64,000 bases of DNA from an uncultured virus (IMG/VR IMGVR_UViG_2061766007_002858) (lineage: Duplodnaviria; Heunggongvirae; Uroviricota; Caudoviricetes). The notes beneath the pieces are model-generated. The model searched no databases, was not told the DNA's origin, and saw only the letters and a program-made list of their open reading frames with translations. The position numbers were made by a program, and so were the translations under genes. Shown here one piece after another: positions 28,453 to 37,658 of this stretch; positions within the stretch are counted from its first letter, which is position 1; each line of letters opens with the position of its first letter. Location: IMG/VR virus record IMGVR_UViG_2061766007_002858; one strand, 5' to 3'.

Positions 28453-30441
28453 ATGAGCAATATTCTTTCCGCCCTCGACCGCATCAGCTGCGCCGAACTG
28501 ACCCATGAGGAATGGATCAGGGTCGGCATGGCGCTGAAAGCGGAGGGCTACGACGTCAGCGCATGGGACGCATGGAGCGCTAAGGATCCTGCCCGGTATC
28601 ATCCCGGTGAATGCGAGAGACGCTGGCGCTCTTTTCAGGGAAACGCAAATCCCGTAACGGGAGCGACCATCATTAAGATGGCACAGGATCGCGGCTGGAC
28701 ACCTTTTTCCGGAGCGGACGGCGTCATGGACTGGAACGACGTTCTGGAATACGACGGCGACAGCATGCCCGACCATGCCGAACCGGCGCGCAGAGGCACA
28801 GAAGATCTGATCCTGTACCTTCAGACCCTGTTCGAGCCGAACGACTGCGTGGGATATGTGACCGGCGACGCATGGCAGACCGACGACGGCAAGTGGGTGC
28901 CTGCCAAGGGGGTGTATTACCGCACCTCAGAAGAACTGATCACCTCCCTGCATCATTACCCGGACGATATTGGCGCAACCATCGGCGATTGGAAACCGGA
29001 GGCAGGAGCATGGATCCGCTTTAATCCCCTGGATGGTGAAGGCGTGCGCAACGAAAACGTCACCGCGTTCCGGTTTGCACTGGTGGAATCGGATTCCATG
29101 CCGGTCAATGAGCAGATCGCCATGTACAGGAAACTGGAGCTGCCCATCGCCGCGCTGGTACATAGCGGGCATAAGAGCGTGCATGCCATCGTTCATATCG
29201 ACGCGGAGAGCTTCGACGAATACAGGAAGCGCGTTACTTTCCTCTATGATTTTCTGAACAGCCATGGCGTAAAAGTGGACACCCAGAACCGCAATCCGTC
29301 CCGGCTTTCCCGTATGCCCGGCGTAACACGGAATGGCCAACTGCAGAAGCTGCTCGGCGTGAATATCGGCAGGAAATCCTGGGTGGACTGGATGGATTTT
29401 GTGGAAGGCGCGACGGACGAGCTGCCCGAGATGCGCGTATCGACGGAGGCTTTCGATCATCCGCTGACTGTACCGGAGCAGCTGATTGAAGGCGTGCTGC
29501 GCCGGGGTCATAAAATGCTGATTTCCGGCAGCAGCAAGGCCGGCAAATCCTTCCTCCTGATGGAACTGGCCGCTGCGATTGCCTCCGGCCGGGAATGGCT
29601 CGGATTTCACTGTCTGAAAGGCCGTGTGCTTTATATCAACCTGGAGATCGACCCTGCATCCTGTGAGCAGCGTTTCGTGAAGATCTGCAATGTGCTGGGT
29701 TATGACCAGAAGGACATGGAGAACGAGATTTTCTGGCATCTGCGCGGACACGCGGTTCCGCTGGACAAGCTGGTGCCGAAGCTGATCCGCCGTGTGAAGA
29801 ACATGAGCCTGGATGCCATCATCATCGACCCGATCTATAAGGTCATCACCGGCGATGAAAACAGCGCTTCCGATATGGCGGCTTTCTGTAACCAGTTTGA
29901 CCGGATCTGCAATGAAACAGGCTGCTCGACGATCTACTGCCATCATCACAGCAAGGGCAGCCAGGGAGCCAAGAGAGCCATTGACAGGGCGTCCGGAAGC
30001 GGCGTATTCGCCCGTGATCCCGATGCGCAGCTGGATATGATCGAGCTGGAGATGGATGACACGACCCGTAATTGGGTGGCAGGCAGCGGAGAAACGCCCT
30101 GGCGCCTGGAAGGGAGCCTGCGCGAATTCCCCAATTTCACCCCTGTGAACTTCTGGTTCCGCTATCCGGTTCACTGCGTCGATACCGACGGCGCACTGGG
30201 TGAAATGCCGGCTACAGGTACCGCAGAGGCTGGACGTCTCCGCAACGGCAAGAGCAAAACGGCCACTCAGTGCGCTGATGAATTCCGAACGGCATACGGA
30301 TGCCTGAATCTTGACGGAAATGGCGTTTCTGTGAAGGAGATGGCCGCGTATATGGGGCTTGCCGAGCGTACCGTCAGGGAGCGGATCAGGAAGCTGGATG
30401 GTGAGTTCATCCTGGAAAACAGCGTTATCAGAATGTCCTGA
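28453..30441 (+). CDS. Phage primase/helicase-like replication protein (PriCT-2 + AAA_25)
   Basis: EWIRVGMALK, LVESD, SGHKSVHA, NPSRLSR, GSSKAGKS, IIIDP, HHHSK. Confidence 0.88.
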   Translation: MSNILSALDRISCAELTHEEWIRVGMALKAEGYDVSAWDAWSAKDPARYHPGECERRWRSFQGNANPVTGATIIKMAQDRGWTPFSGADGVMDWNDVLEYDGDSMPDHAEPARRGTEDLILYLQTLFEPNDCVGYVTGDAWQTDDGKWVPAKGVYYRTSEELITSLHHYPDDIGATIGDWKPEAGAWIRFNPLDGEGVRNENVTAFRFALVESDSMPVNEQIAMYRKLELPIAALVHSGHKSVHAIVHIDAESFDEYRKRVTFLYDFLNSHGVKVDTQNRNPSRLSRMPGVTRNGQLQKLLGVNIGRKSWVDWMDFVEGATDELPEMRVSTEAFDHPLTVPEQLIEGVLRRGHKMLISGSSKAGKSFLLMELAAAIASGREWLGFHCLKGRVLYINLEIDPASCEQRFVKICNVLGYDQKDMENEIFWHLRGHAVPLDKLVPKLIRRVKNMSLDAIIIDPIYKVITGDENSASDMAAFCNQFDRICNETGCSTIYCHHHSKGSQGAKRAIDRASGSGVFARDPDAQLDMIELEMDDTTRNWVAGSGETPWRLEGSLREFPNFTPVNFWFRYPVHCVDTDGALGEMPATGTAEAGRLRNGKSKTATQCADEFRTAYGCLNLDGNGVSVKEMAAYMGLAERTVRERIRKLDGEFILENSVIRMS

Positions 30442-30470
30442 TTTACCAAATTATGGATGGCGGCGGCGGT

Positions 30471-30557
30471 ATGTATATGTAGACATATACATGGATGGAT
30501 TGACATCCCTCCAGTAGGGGGAGGGAATAAATCCCCCTCCCCCTTACAGGATGTCAA
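30471..30557. repeat. Adjacent and nested inverted repeats, candidate replication origin
   Basis: ATGTATATGT-AG-ACATATACAT; TTGACATCC...GGGGGAGGG-loop-CCCTCCCCC...GGATGTCAA. Confidence 0.6.
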
Positions 30558-30619
30558 ATGTTCCCCCAGAGTGCTTCAAAAAAGAATGCACTGCCTCCGC
30601 CTCCGGGAAGGAGAACAGA

Positions 30620-31018
30620 ATGGAATTCTATCTGGATATTAACCCGCCGACAGTGACGGCGCAGGAACACAAGGTACGCGTCGTAGGCGGCAGACCCATG
30701 TTTTACGATACGGCCCGCCTGAAAATGGCAAGAAACACATTTGAATCCCTTCTCCGCCAGTATGCGCCGGAAAAGCCGATGGAAGGGCCGCTTGCTCTGA
30801 TGGTAGACTGGCGTTTCGGTACGAAAACACATAAAGACGGCGCATACCGTACGACACGTCCCGACACCGACAACCTGCAGAAGCTTCTGAAGGATTGCAT
30901 GACGGCTACCGGCTACTGGCAGGATGACGCACAGGTGTGCCGGGAAGAAGTGACCAAACGCTGGGCCAGGCAGAAGCCGGGGATCCGCATCAGGGTGGTG
31001 AGCATGGATGACGCCTGA
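30620..31018 (+). CDS. rusA: RusA-family Holliday junction resolvase
   Basis: RPDTDNLQKLLKDCM..YWQDDAQV; AAGGAG SD. Confidence 0.88.
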   Translation: MEFYLDINPPTVTAQEHKVRVVGGRPMFYDTARLKMARNTFESLLRQYAPEKPMEGPLALMVDWRFGTKTHKDGAYRTTRPDTDNLQKLLKDCMTATGYWQDDAQVCREEVTKRWARQKPGIRIRVVSMDDA

Positions 31019-31244
31019 AGAAAAAGAGATCATGGCCGACATGTTTTACTTCCTTCGGGATCACAACGATCCCCCGGCAAACGGCACAGACGAGTGCATC
31101 ACATTCTGGGAGAAAGCCGCAGATGATATTGGCGCACTGGTTGGCCGCAAGTGGAACAATCACCCTCTCGCCCTGGATATGGGCGTTGCGCTTTACGGCT
31201 ACATTGAAAAGAAATGCAAAGCAAAAGGCGGTGGTTCCGCATGA
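31008..31244 (+). CDS. Hypothetical protein
   Basis: Overlaps both neighbours. Confidence 0.6.
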   Translation: MTPEEKEIMADMFYFLRDHNDPPANGTDECITFWEKAADDIGALVGRKWNNHPLALDMGVALYGYIEKKCKAKGGGSA

Positions 31245-31486
31245 GCTACCGTAACAGCGAAGGTTACAGCGATCCGACAGCCGGTCAGGCGCTTGCAAAC
31301 ATACGCCGTGAAGAGCGCAGAAAGAAACGAATGCTGGATAATGAATGGAGGGAGACGGATGGACGGATATCACGTGCTGGCAAACGCTATAATCATACGA
31401 GCGGTCGAGGATTACCGGGATGCCATAAAAACGCTGAAAAAACATCCAAAGGACAGGAAAGCGATGGACACCGCTCTGGAAATTGA
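31241..31486 (+). CDS. Small phage protein (RNSEGYxDPTA type); 3' part overlaps the next gene
   Basis: ATGA overlap with the upstream stop; MSYRNSEGYSDPTAGQAL. Confidence 0.55.
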   Translation: MSYRNSEGYSDPTAGQALANIRREERRKKRMLDNEWRETDGRISRAGKRYNHTSGRGLPGCHKNAEKTSKGQESDGHRSGN

Positions 31487-31577
31487 GGAGTTTTTCCGAT
31501 CTGAATGGTATAAGGCGCTGACGGGCGTCGATGCGAAAAAGCTGCTCGACAGATTGCGGAGGGAGGCGGTAAAGTGA
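31359..31577 (+). CDS. Conserved phage hypothetical protein
   Basis: LANAIIIRAVEDYR...EEFFRSEWY..LTGVD; GGAGG SD. Confidence 0.75.
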   Translation: MDGYHVLANAIIIRAVEDYRDAIKTLKKHPKDRKAMDTALEIEEFFRSEWYKALTGVDAKKLLDRLRREAVK

Positions 31578-32038
31578 ACGCGGTGGAATATCTGGAACAG
31601 ATCGGCAGACTCGACAGGCTGATCAACAGCAGGCTGGCGATCCTCTCCTCCCTGGAAAACAGCGCCACAAGGACAACGGCTGTGATGGAAGGTGAAGTGG
31701 TAAGCCACACCCGCAACGTTCATGCGCTGCAGGATACCATTGCCAGAATCATGGATCTGAGAGAAGAGGTCAATGCAATAACGGACGAGTTCGTCGACCT
31801 GAAAGCTGCAGCCGAAGCGGCCATCAGACTTCTTGACGATGTGGCCTGTCAGACGGTGCTGATTCTCCATTATGTGCAGCTGGAATCCTGGAAGGATGTC
31901 GCCACAGCCATGTTCTACAATCTGCGCACTGTCTACAAAATCAGAGACCGCGCGCTTGAAGAGCTGGACGCTATGATCGCCAATGGGAAAATCGTCACAG
32001 GGCATTCAAGGGCATTAGAGGGCAATCCCAACATATGA
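31574..32038 (+). CDS. DUF1492/ArpU-like late transcriptional regulator
   Basis: AVEYLEQ..LDRLI; C-terminal HTH 'SWKDVATAMFYNLRTVYKIRDRAL'. Confidence 0.8.
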   Translation: MNAVEYLEQIGRLDRLINSRLAILSSLENSATRTTAVMEGEVVSHTRNVHALQDTIARIMDLREEVNAITDEFVDLKAAAEAAIRLLDDVACQTVLILHYVQLESWKDVATAMFYNLRTVYKIRDRALEELDAMIANGKIVTGHSRALEGNPNI

Positions 32039-32044
32039 TATAGT
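31999..32044 (+). promoter_or_regulatory. Candidate late promoter: three AGGGCA(T/A)T repeats at 10-bp pitch + extended -10
   Basis: Repeats at 31999, 32009 and 32019; TGATATAGT at 32036. Confidence 0.6.
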
Positions 32045-32119
32045 GTACGTGTAAGAATAGACCACGAGCCTCAGGAGAGCGATCCCCTGGGGCTTTCCTT
32101 TATTCCGGAGGTGACGGCG

Positions 32120-32554
32120 ATGCCGTACAGAAAGGTCGGCGCGCTGGAAGCCTGCTGGTACATGATCCGCTATAAGCTGAAGGAGGCGCTGCGCATGCCA
32201 CGATTACCAGACCATCCATGTGCTCATCCCGGCTGTCCCAGACTTGTGCTCCATGGCAGAAAGTATTGTGACGCGCATGCCGGAAAGCATCCGGAGGAAA
32301 CACGCTCCGCCAGCAGCCGTGGCTATGGGAAGCGCTGGCAGAAGGCGTCGAAGGCTTTTCTCCGCAGGCATCCGCTGTGCGCCGAGTGCGAACGGAATGG
32401 ACGGTATGTCGCCGCGACTGTAGTCGACCACATCACGCCCCACCGCGGCGATCCGAAGCTGTTCTGGGACGAAAGCAACTGGCAGCCGCTGTGCAAGCGG
32501 TGCCACGACCAGAAGACCGGCCACGAGGACAGCAGGCCTGCGTACCATTACTGA
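32120..32554 (+). CDS. Terminase-associated HNH endonuclease (alternative start 32195)
   Basis: HPLCAEC, VVDHITPHRGD, NWQPLCKRCHDQKT. Confidence 0.9.
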   Translation: MPYRKVGALEACWYMIRYKLKEALRMPRLPDHPCAHPGCPRLVLHGRKYCDAHAGKHPEETRSASSRGYGKRWQKASKAFLRRHPLCAECERNGRYVAATVVDHITPHRGDPKLFWDESNWQPLCKRCHDQKTGHEDSRPAYHY

Positions 32555-32559
32555 CTTCA

Positions 32560-32662
32560 AAGCCCCCAGGGGCGGTCGAAATCTCCACGATTTTTATCTC
32601 AGGAGACCGCCGGCCCCTCTCACGCAGAAAAAAGCCGGTTCAAACAAGGTATTAACCCGGGG
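32560..32662. other. Probable cos region
   Basis: Non-coding GC-rich stretch between HNH and terS, the usual position in HK97-like phages. Confidence 0.4.
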
Positions 32663-32673
32663 ATGGTGATGAA

Positions 32674-33246
32674 ATGGCAAGAGACGGAACCAACAGAGGC
32701 GGCAGGCGCGTCCGCGCGGGAGACAAACCGGACGCCCTGCTCGACAAAATACAGAAAGGCAGGCCCGCCCAGGTGATGGAACTGCCAATCACACCGCTTG
32801 AAGGGACGGATGACTTCGGCTCTATCGCCGATCTCACCGGCGCGGATATCCCGCAGCCGGACAGCTACCTTTCCGCCCAGCAGCGGGACGGCGAACCACT
32901 CGGCGCTGACATCATCTACACCGAAACCATGCGGTGGCTTAAGGATCATGGCTGCGACCGGCTGGTCAATCACCGCCTGGTGGAAAGCTACAGCGAGGCC
33001 TTCGCCCGGTACATCCAATGCTCCGAAGCGGTCAGCAAGTTCGGCCTGCTCGGAAAGCATCCCACCACCAACGCGCCTATCGCCAGCCCCTTCGTACAGA
33101 TGGCGCTTTCCTTTCAGAAGCAGGCAAACCTGCTCTGGTATGAGATATTCGACGTCGTGAAGCAGAACAGCACAACGGCGTATGAAGGCAGTCCCCAGGA
33201 CGACGCAATGGAGAAACTATTGAGAGCGAGGAGCAAACACAGATGA
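32674..33246 (+). CDS. terS: Terminase small subunit (P27 family)
   Basis: MARDGTNRGGRR.RAG, GKHPTT.APIASPFV, DDAMEKLL. Confidence 0.88.
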   Translation: MARDGTNRGGRRVRAGDKPDALLDKIQKGRPAQVMELPITPLEGTDDFGSIADLTGADIPQPDSYLSAQQRDGEPLGADIIYTETMRWLKDHGCDRLVNHRLVESYSEAFARYIQCSEAVSKFGLLGKHPTTNAPIASPFVQMALSFQKQANLLWYEIFDVVKQNSTTAYEGSPQDDAMEKLLRARSKHR

Positions 33247-34154
33247 TTGAAAAAGTGAATCCGGCACACCCGGATAAAATCGCGGACCGCATTGCCGGCG
33301 CGCTGGTGGACTTTGCCTATTCCGTACAGTCCAATCCTCGCATCGCCGTGGAGGTGCTGGTCGGGCATCGCATCTGCCATATCATTGCAGAGACTTCGGT
33401 ACATATCCCCGCCACATTTGTGCAGGATACCGTCACCCGCATTGCCGGTGAAGGTGTGGTCATGGACTACTGCGAGGTGGATCAGGACGCGCATCTAGCC
33501 ACCAACCAGGCGGAGGGCCTGCGCTGCGGCGACAACGGTATCTTCAAGGGTATGCCGCTGACGGAGGAACAGAAAAAGCTCTCAGCTATTGCACTGCAAA
33601 TCTATGAAAAGTATCCCTATGACGGAAAATACATTCTGGACAGTGACCGGCTTATCATCTGCCAGAGCAATGCATCCACCCCTGACCTTGCTGCGGAATA
33701 TCCCAACGCCGAGATCAATCCACTGGGCGACTGGACGGGCGGCATCAATGTTGACAGCGGAGCTACCAACCGCAAGCTGGGCAGCGACATGGCTGACAGC
33801 GTGACCGGCGGCGGNNNNNNNNNNCGCCGCGCTGGATAAAGCCACCTTTGTGGAGCCCGGCGATCTATGGACGGTCGGCAGGCATCGGCTGCTCTGCGGG
33901 GACGCCACCAAGACGGAGGACGTGCAGCGTCTCATGGGCGGCAAGCGCGCCAACCTTATCGTTACAGATCCTCCGTATGGCGTTTCTTTCAAAAGCTCCT
34001 CGGGCCTGACCATCCAGAACGACAGTATCAAGGATGAAGAATTCTACGGTTTCCTGCTGCTGGCGCTGAAGAATATGGCGGACGCCCTGGAAAAGGGCGG
34101 NNNNNNNNNNCCGTCGGCGGTTTCGAGAAGTTTGCCGAATGGGGCCTGTTCTGA
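33243..34154 (+). CDS. metK: Compact phage S-adenosylmethionine synthetase homologue (interrupted by gaps)
   Basis: EKVNPAHPDKIAD, CGDNG, DGK, INPLG.WTGG..DSGATNRK; 3' end FAEWGLF* at 34154. Confidence 0.8.
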
Positions 34155-34164
34155 GGAGGGTGTC

Positions 34165-35522
34165 ATGAGCAGAATCACAACCAATGAAATGACGCAGGTG
34201 CCGATTGAACGGCTCATCCCTTACATCAATAACGCCCGCACCCACAGCCCGGAGCAGATCAAGAAGCTCCGGGCTTCTCTTCGGGAATTCGGCTTCGTCA
34301 ATCCTGTCCTCATCGACCGCGATTACAATGTCATCGCCGGGCATGGGCGCATCGCTGCTGCCCGGGAGGAAGGCTTCACTGAGGTCCCCTGCGTGTATGT
34401 GGATCATCTCACCGAAGCACAGAAGAAGGCCTACATTCTGGCCGACAACCGCATGGCCATGGACGCTGGCTGGGATGAAGAACTGCTGAAGGTGGAACTG
34501 GAATCCCTGCAGGAGATGGCATACGACCTGTCGCTCACCGGCTTTGATGAAAAAGAGCTGGCATCGTATATGGGCGGTGATGAGAAGGAAACGCAGGATG
34601 ATGACTTCGATCTGACTGCCGCGCTGGAAAAAGCCACCTTTGTGGAGCCCGGCGATCTCTGGACGGTCGGCAGNNNNNNNNNNGGTGCTGGGCCGCTCGG
34701 ATTACCAGTGGCAGCATGAGCCTGTGCTGTACGGCTTCCTGCAGAACGGAAAGCATCCCTGGTACTCCGACCGNNNNNNNNNNATTTCTTGCTGCTGGCG
34801 CTGAAGAATATGGCGGACGCCCTGGAAAAGGGCGGCGCGGCATATGTGTTTCACGCCGACACAGAGGGGCTGAATTTCCGCCGGGCCTTCGTAGACGCAG
34901 GATTCCATCTCGCAGGCTGCTGCATCTGGGTCAAAGACAGCCTTGTGCTGGGCCGCTCGGATTACCAGTGGCAGCATGAGCCCGTGCTGTACGGATTCCT
35001 GCAGAATGGCAAGCACCCCTGGTATTCAGACCGCAAGCAGACCACCATCTGGAATTTCGCCAAGCCCAAGCGGAATGANNNNNNNNNNTGTGCTGGGCCG
35101 CTCGGATTACCAATGGCAGCACGAGCCCGTGCTGTACGGCTTCCTGCAGAATGGCAAGCACCCCTGGTACTCCGACCGGAAGCAGACCACCATCTGGAAT
35201 TTTGCCAAGCCCAAGCGGAACGAAAATCATCCGACGAGTAAGCCGCTGGACCTGCTGGCCTATCCCATCGGGAACAGCAGNNNNNNNNNNTCAGGAAAAC
35301 AGCATCGTTCTGGACACTTTCGGCGGCAGCGGTTCCACCATGATGGCCTGCGAACAGACAAGCCGAATTTGTTTCATGTCCGAGCTGGATCCGAAATACG
35401 CCTCCGTCATCCTTCGACGTTACGTGGAAGATTTCGGCAACGCGGATCAGGTGTTTGTAGAGCGGGATGGCAAGACGCTGGCCTACGCCGACCTGGTGAA
35501 AGAGGTGGAGACCCGTGAGTGA
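34165..35522 (+). CDS. ParB-domain + N6/N4 DNA methyltransferase, assembled in scrambled allelic pieces (also 33825-34100, 47772-47943)
   Basis: PYINNARTH, IAGHGR, LADNR; TDPPY; HPTSKP; LDTFGGSGST. Confidence 0.85.
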
Positions 35523-37548
35523 GAACAGACAGCTGACCCTTGGCAGCCTCTTCGACGGCTCCGGGGGTTTTCCTTTGGGCGGGATGCTTGCGGGGATCGC
35601 CCCGCTGTGGGCGTCCGAAGTGGAGCCTTTTGCCATCCGGGTCACCACCATGCGTCTGCCGGCGATGAAGCACTTCGGAGATGTGTCGAAGCTGGATGGC
35701 GCGGTTCTCCCGCCCGTGGACATCATCACTTTCGGCTCGCCATGCCAGGATATGTCGATTGCCGGGAGGCGCGCGGGGTTGGACGGTTCCCGTTCCGGCC
35801 TGTTCCATGAAGCCATCCGGATCATAAAGGAAATGAGGAATGCTACCAATGGCGAATATCCCCGCTACATCGTATGGGAAAACGTCCCCGGCGCGTTCAG
35901 CAGCAACGGAGGGGCTGATTTCCGCTCCGTCCTCGAAGAAATCTGCCGGGTCAAAGACGGTGAGACTGATGTCCCTCAGCCTGACAAATGGGAATCCGCG
36001 GGACAGGTCCTGGGCGAAGATTACTCAGTCGCATGGCGGGTACTTGACGCTCAGTACTGGGGAGTGCCCCAGAGAAGAAAACGAATCTACCTTATCGCAG
36101 ATTTTGCTGGCCAGCGTGCCCCGGACATACTATTTAAGTCCGACGGCCTGTCTGGGTATTCTGCGGAGGGCATCGGCGCGTGGCAAAGAACTGCCTGCCG
36201 TGCTGAAGAAGGCGCTGGAACGTCAGGCGGCAGCCTGACCTGGTGCCTCAATCCCCAGGGTTCCAGTGGCGTATCAGTGACAGAGAATCAGAGCGGCACG
36301 CTGGTAGCGCAGGATCACGGACATCATCCCGCCGTCCTGCAGAGCGCCGGCTTCTGCACAGAGCACAGTGCAAAGGCGCGGTCCATCGGATATGAGAAGG
36401 AGACTTCTCCCACGCTCCGCGCCGGCATCGTTCCCGCCACCGTATATGAGAACCACGCCATGGATGCCAGATACCGTGGGCCGCTGGACATTGCCCAGCC
36501 CATCACCGCCACCTACGGCATGGGCGGCAACAACCAGCCGCTGGTTGTGGATGCGGAACCGGTAACGCTGAAAATCCGCTGCGGGAAGGAAGGCGGCGGC
36601 AAAGGGTCGCTGGTCCAAAAAGACAAATCAGCCACCCTCGCGACAAACAACGACCAGACGCTGTTCCAGCCGGCGGGCTGCAAAGCCTACGGGGTATGCT
36701 CCAAAGCCTCACATGCCATGATGTCGGATAATCCCAAAAGCGGTTTTTATGAGGCGAAGACCAGCAGGACGCTGGACCAGGGTGGAGGCAACCCCTCCTG
36801 CAACCAGGGCGGCATCTGCATCGTAGCGCCGGAAACCGGTGAAGCCGAAACCTATGATGTGCGTTTCACATCCGATGGGTCGAAAGTAACGAGAGGCAAT
36901 GTGTATCCGACTGATACCGCTAGGACGCTCGGGACCGACAAGCCTGACCCGGCAGGCAACCAGGGCGGCGTCGCCGTCGTTGAAAAGAGCTCTTCCTTCT
37001 CCTTGCAGGGAAGCATGATTGGCCGCGCCTATGAGAACGGCCCCGAGGGAGACGGAGTGAATGAGGATGTTTCATTCACCCTCAACACCTGCGACAGGCA
37101 CGCCGTGGCGCAGCCTGCCTATGCCGCGACAGTCGGTGCCTTCATGTCTGCAAGCGTGGAAAAAGCGCAGACCCTGATGGCGCGTGATTATAAGGATCCT
37201 CAGATCGTGAACGATCCGTGTCCGGAAGAACCCATGTATATCGTGCGCAGGCTCACCCCTGTCGAATGCGCTAGGCTCCAGGGTTTTCCCGACTGGTGGT
37301 GCATGGGGCTGGAGATGGAAAATCCCACCGAGGCCGATATCGCTTTCTGGACAGACGTTTTTGAAACGCACCGGCGCATCAACAACCCTGACGGCAAGCC
37401 CAAGACCAGAAGCCAGATAGAGAAATGGCTGCGGCATCCGCACACGGATTCGGCTGAGTATAAGCTCTGGGGCAACGGCGTATGCCTGAACAACGTATAT
37501 TTCGTCCTCTCCGGGATCGTCTGGGCGGACAGCCTGCCATGTGAATGA
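35515..37548 (+). CDS. Phage C5 DNA methyltransferase with long modular variable region (allele 1)
   Basis: SLFDGSGG, FGSPCQD, WENVPG, VPQRRKR, RRLTPVECARLQGFPD, KLWGNG. Confidence 0.92.
   Translation: MSENRQLTLGSLFDGSGGFPLGGMLAGIAPLWASEVEPFAIRVTTMRLPAMKHFGDVSKLDGAVLPPVDIITFGSPCQDMSIAGRRAGLDGSRSGLFHEAIRIIKEMRNATNGEYPRYIVWENVPGAFSSNGGADFRSVLEEICRVKDGETDVPQPDKWESAGQVLGEDYSVAWRVLDAQYWGVPQRRKRIYLIADFAGQRAPDILFKSDGLSGYSAEGIGAWQRTACRAEEGAGTSGGSLTWCLNPQGSSGVSVTENQSGTLVAQDHGHHPAVLQSAGFCTEHSAKARSIGYEKETSPTLRAGIVPATVYENHAMDARYRGPLDIAQPITATYGMGGNNQPLVVDAEPVTLKIRCGKEGGGKGSLVQKDKSATLATNNDQTLFQPAGCKAYGVCSKASHAMMSDNPKSGFYEAKTSRTLDQGGGNPSCNQGGICIVAPETGEAETYDVRFTSDGSKVTRGNVYPTDTARTLGTDKPDPAGNQGGVAVVEKSSSFSLQGSMIGRAYENGPEGDGVNEDVSFTLNTCDRHAVAQPAYAATVGAFMSASVEKAQTLMARDYKDPQIVNDPCPEEPMYIVRRLTPVECARLQGFPDWWCMGLEMENPTEADIAFWTDVFETHRRINNPDGKPKTRSQIEKWLRHPHTDSAEYKLWGNGVCLNNVYFVLSGIVWADSLPCE
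35849..36238 (+). CDS. Overprinted +1-frame ORF inside the C5-MTase (EcoHK31I beta-subunit-like), allele 1
   Basis: Open in both alleles with the same length; inter-allele changes are synonymous in this frame and non-synonymous in the main frame. Confidence 0.75.
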   Translation: MANIPATSYGKTSPARSAATEGLISAPSSKKSAGSKTVRLMSLSLTNGNPRDRSWAKITQSHGGYLTLSTGECPREENESTLSQILLASVPRTYYLSPTACLGILRRASARGKELPAVLKKALERQAAA

Positions 37549-37658
37549 CAGAACACACTTTGTTCGCCGAAATGTATCAATATGATCGTGGACTTTCAGG
37601 CTGAAAAGAGTGATTAATGGTCATGCCGAAAGGCAATGAAAGCAAGGAGGTATTGACC

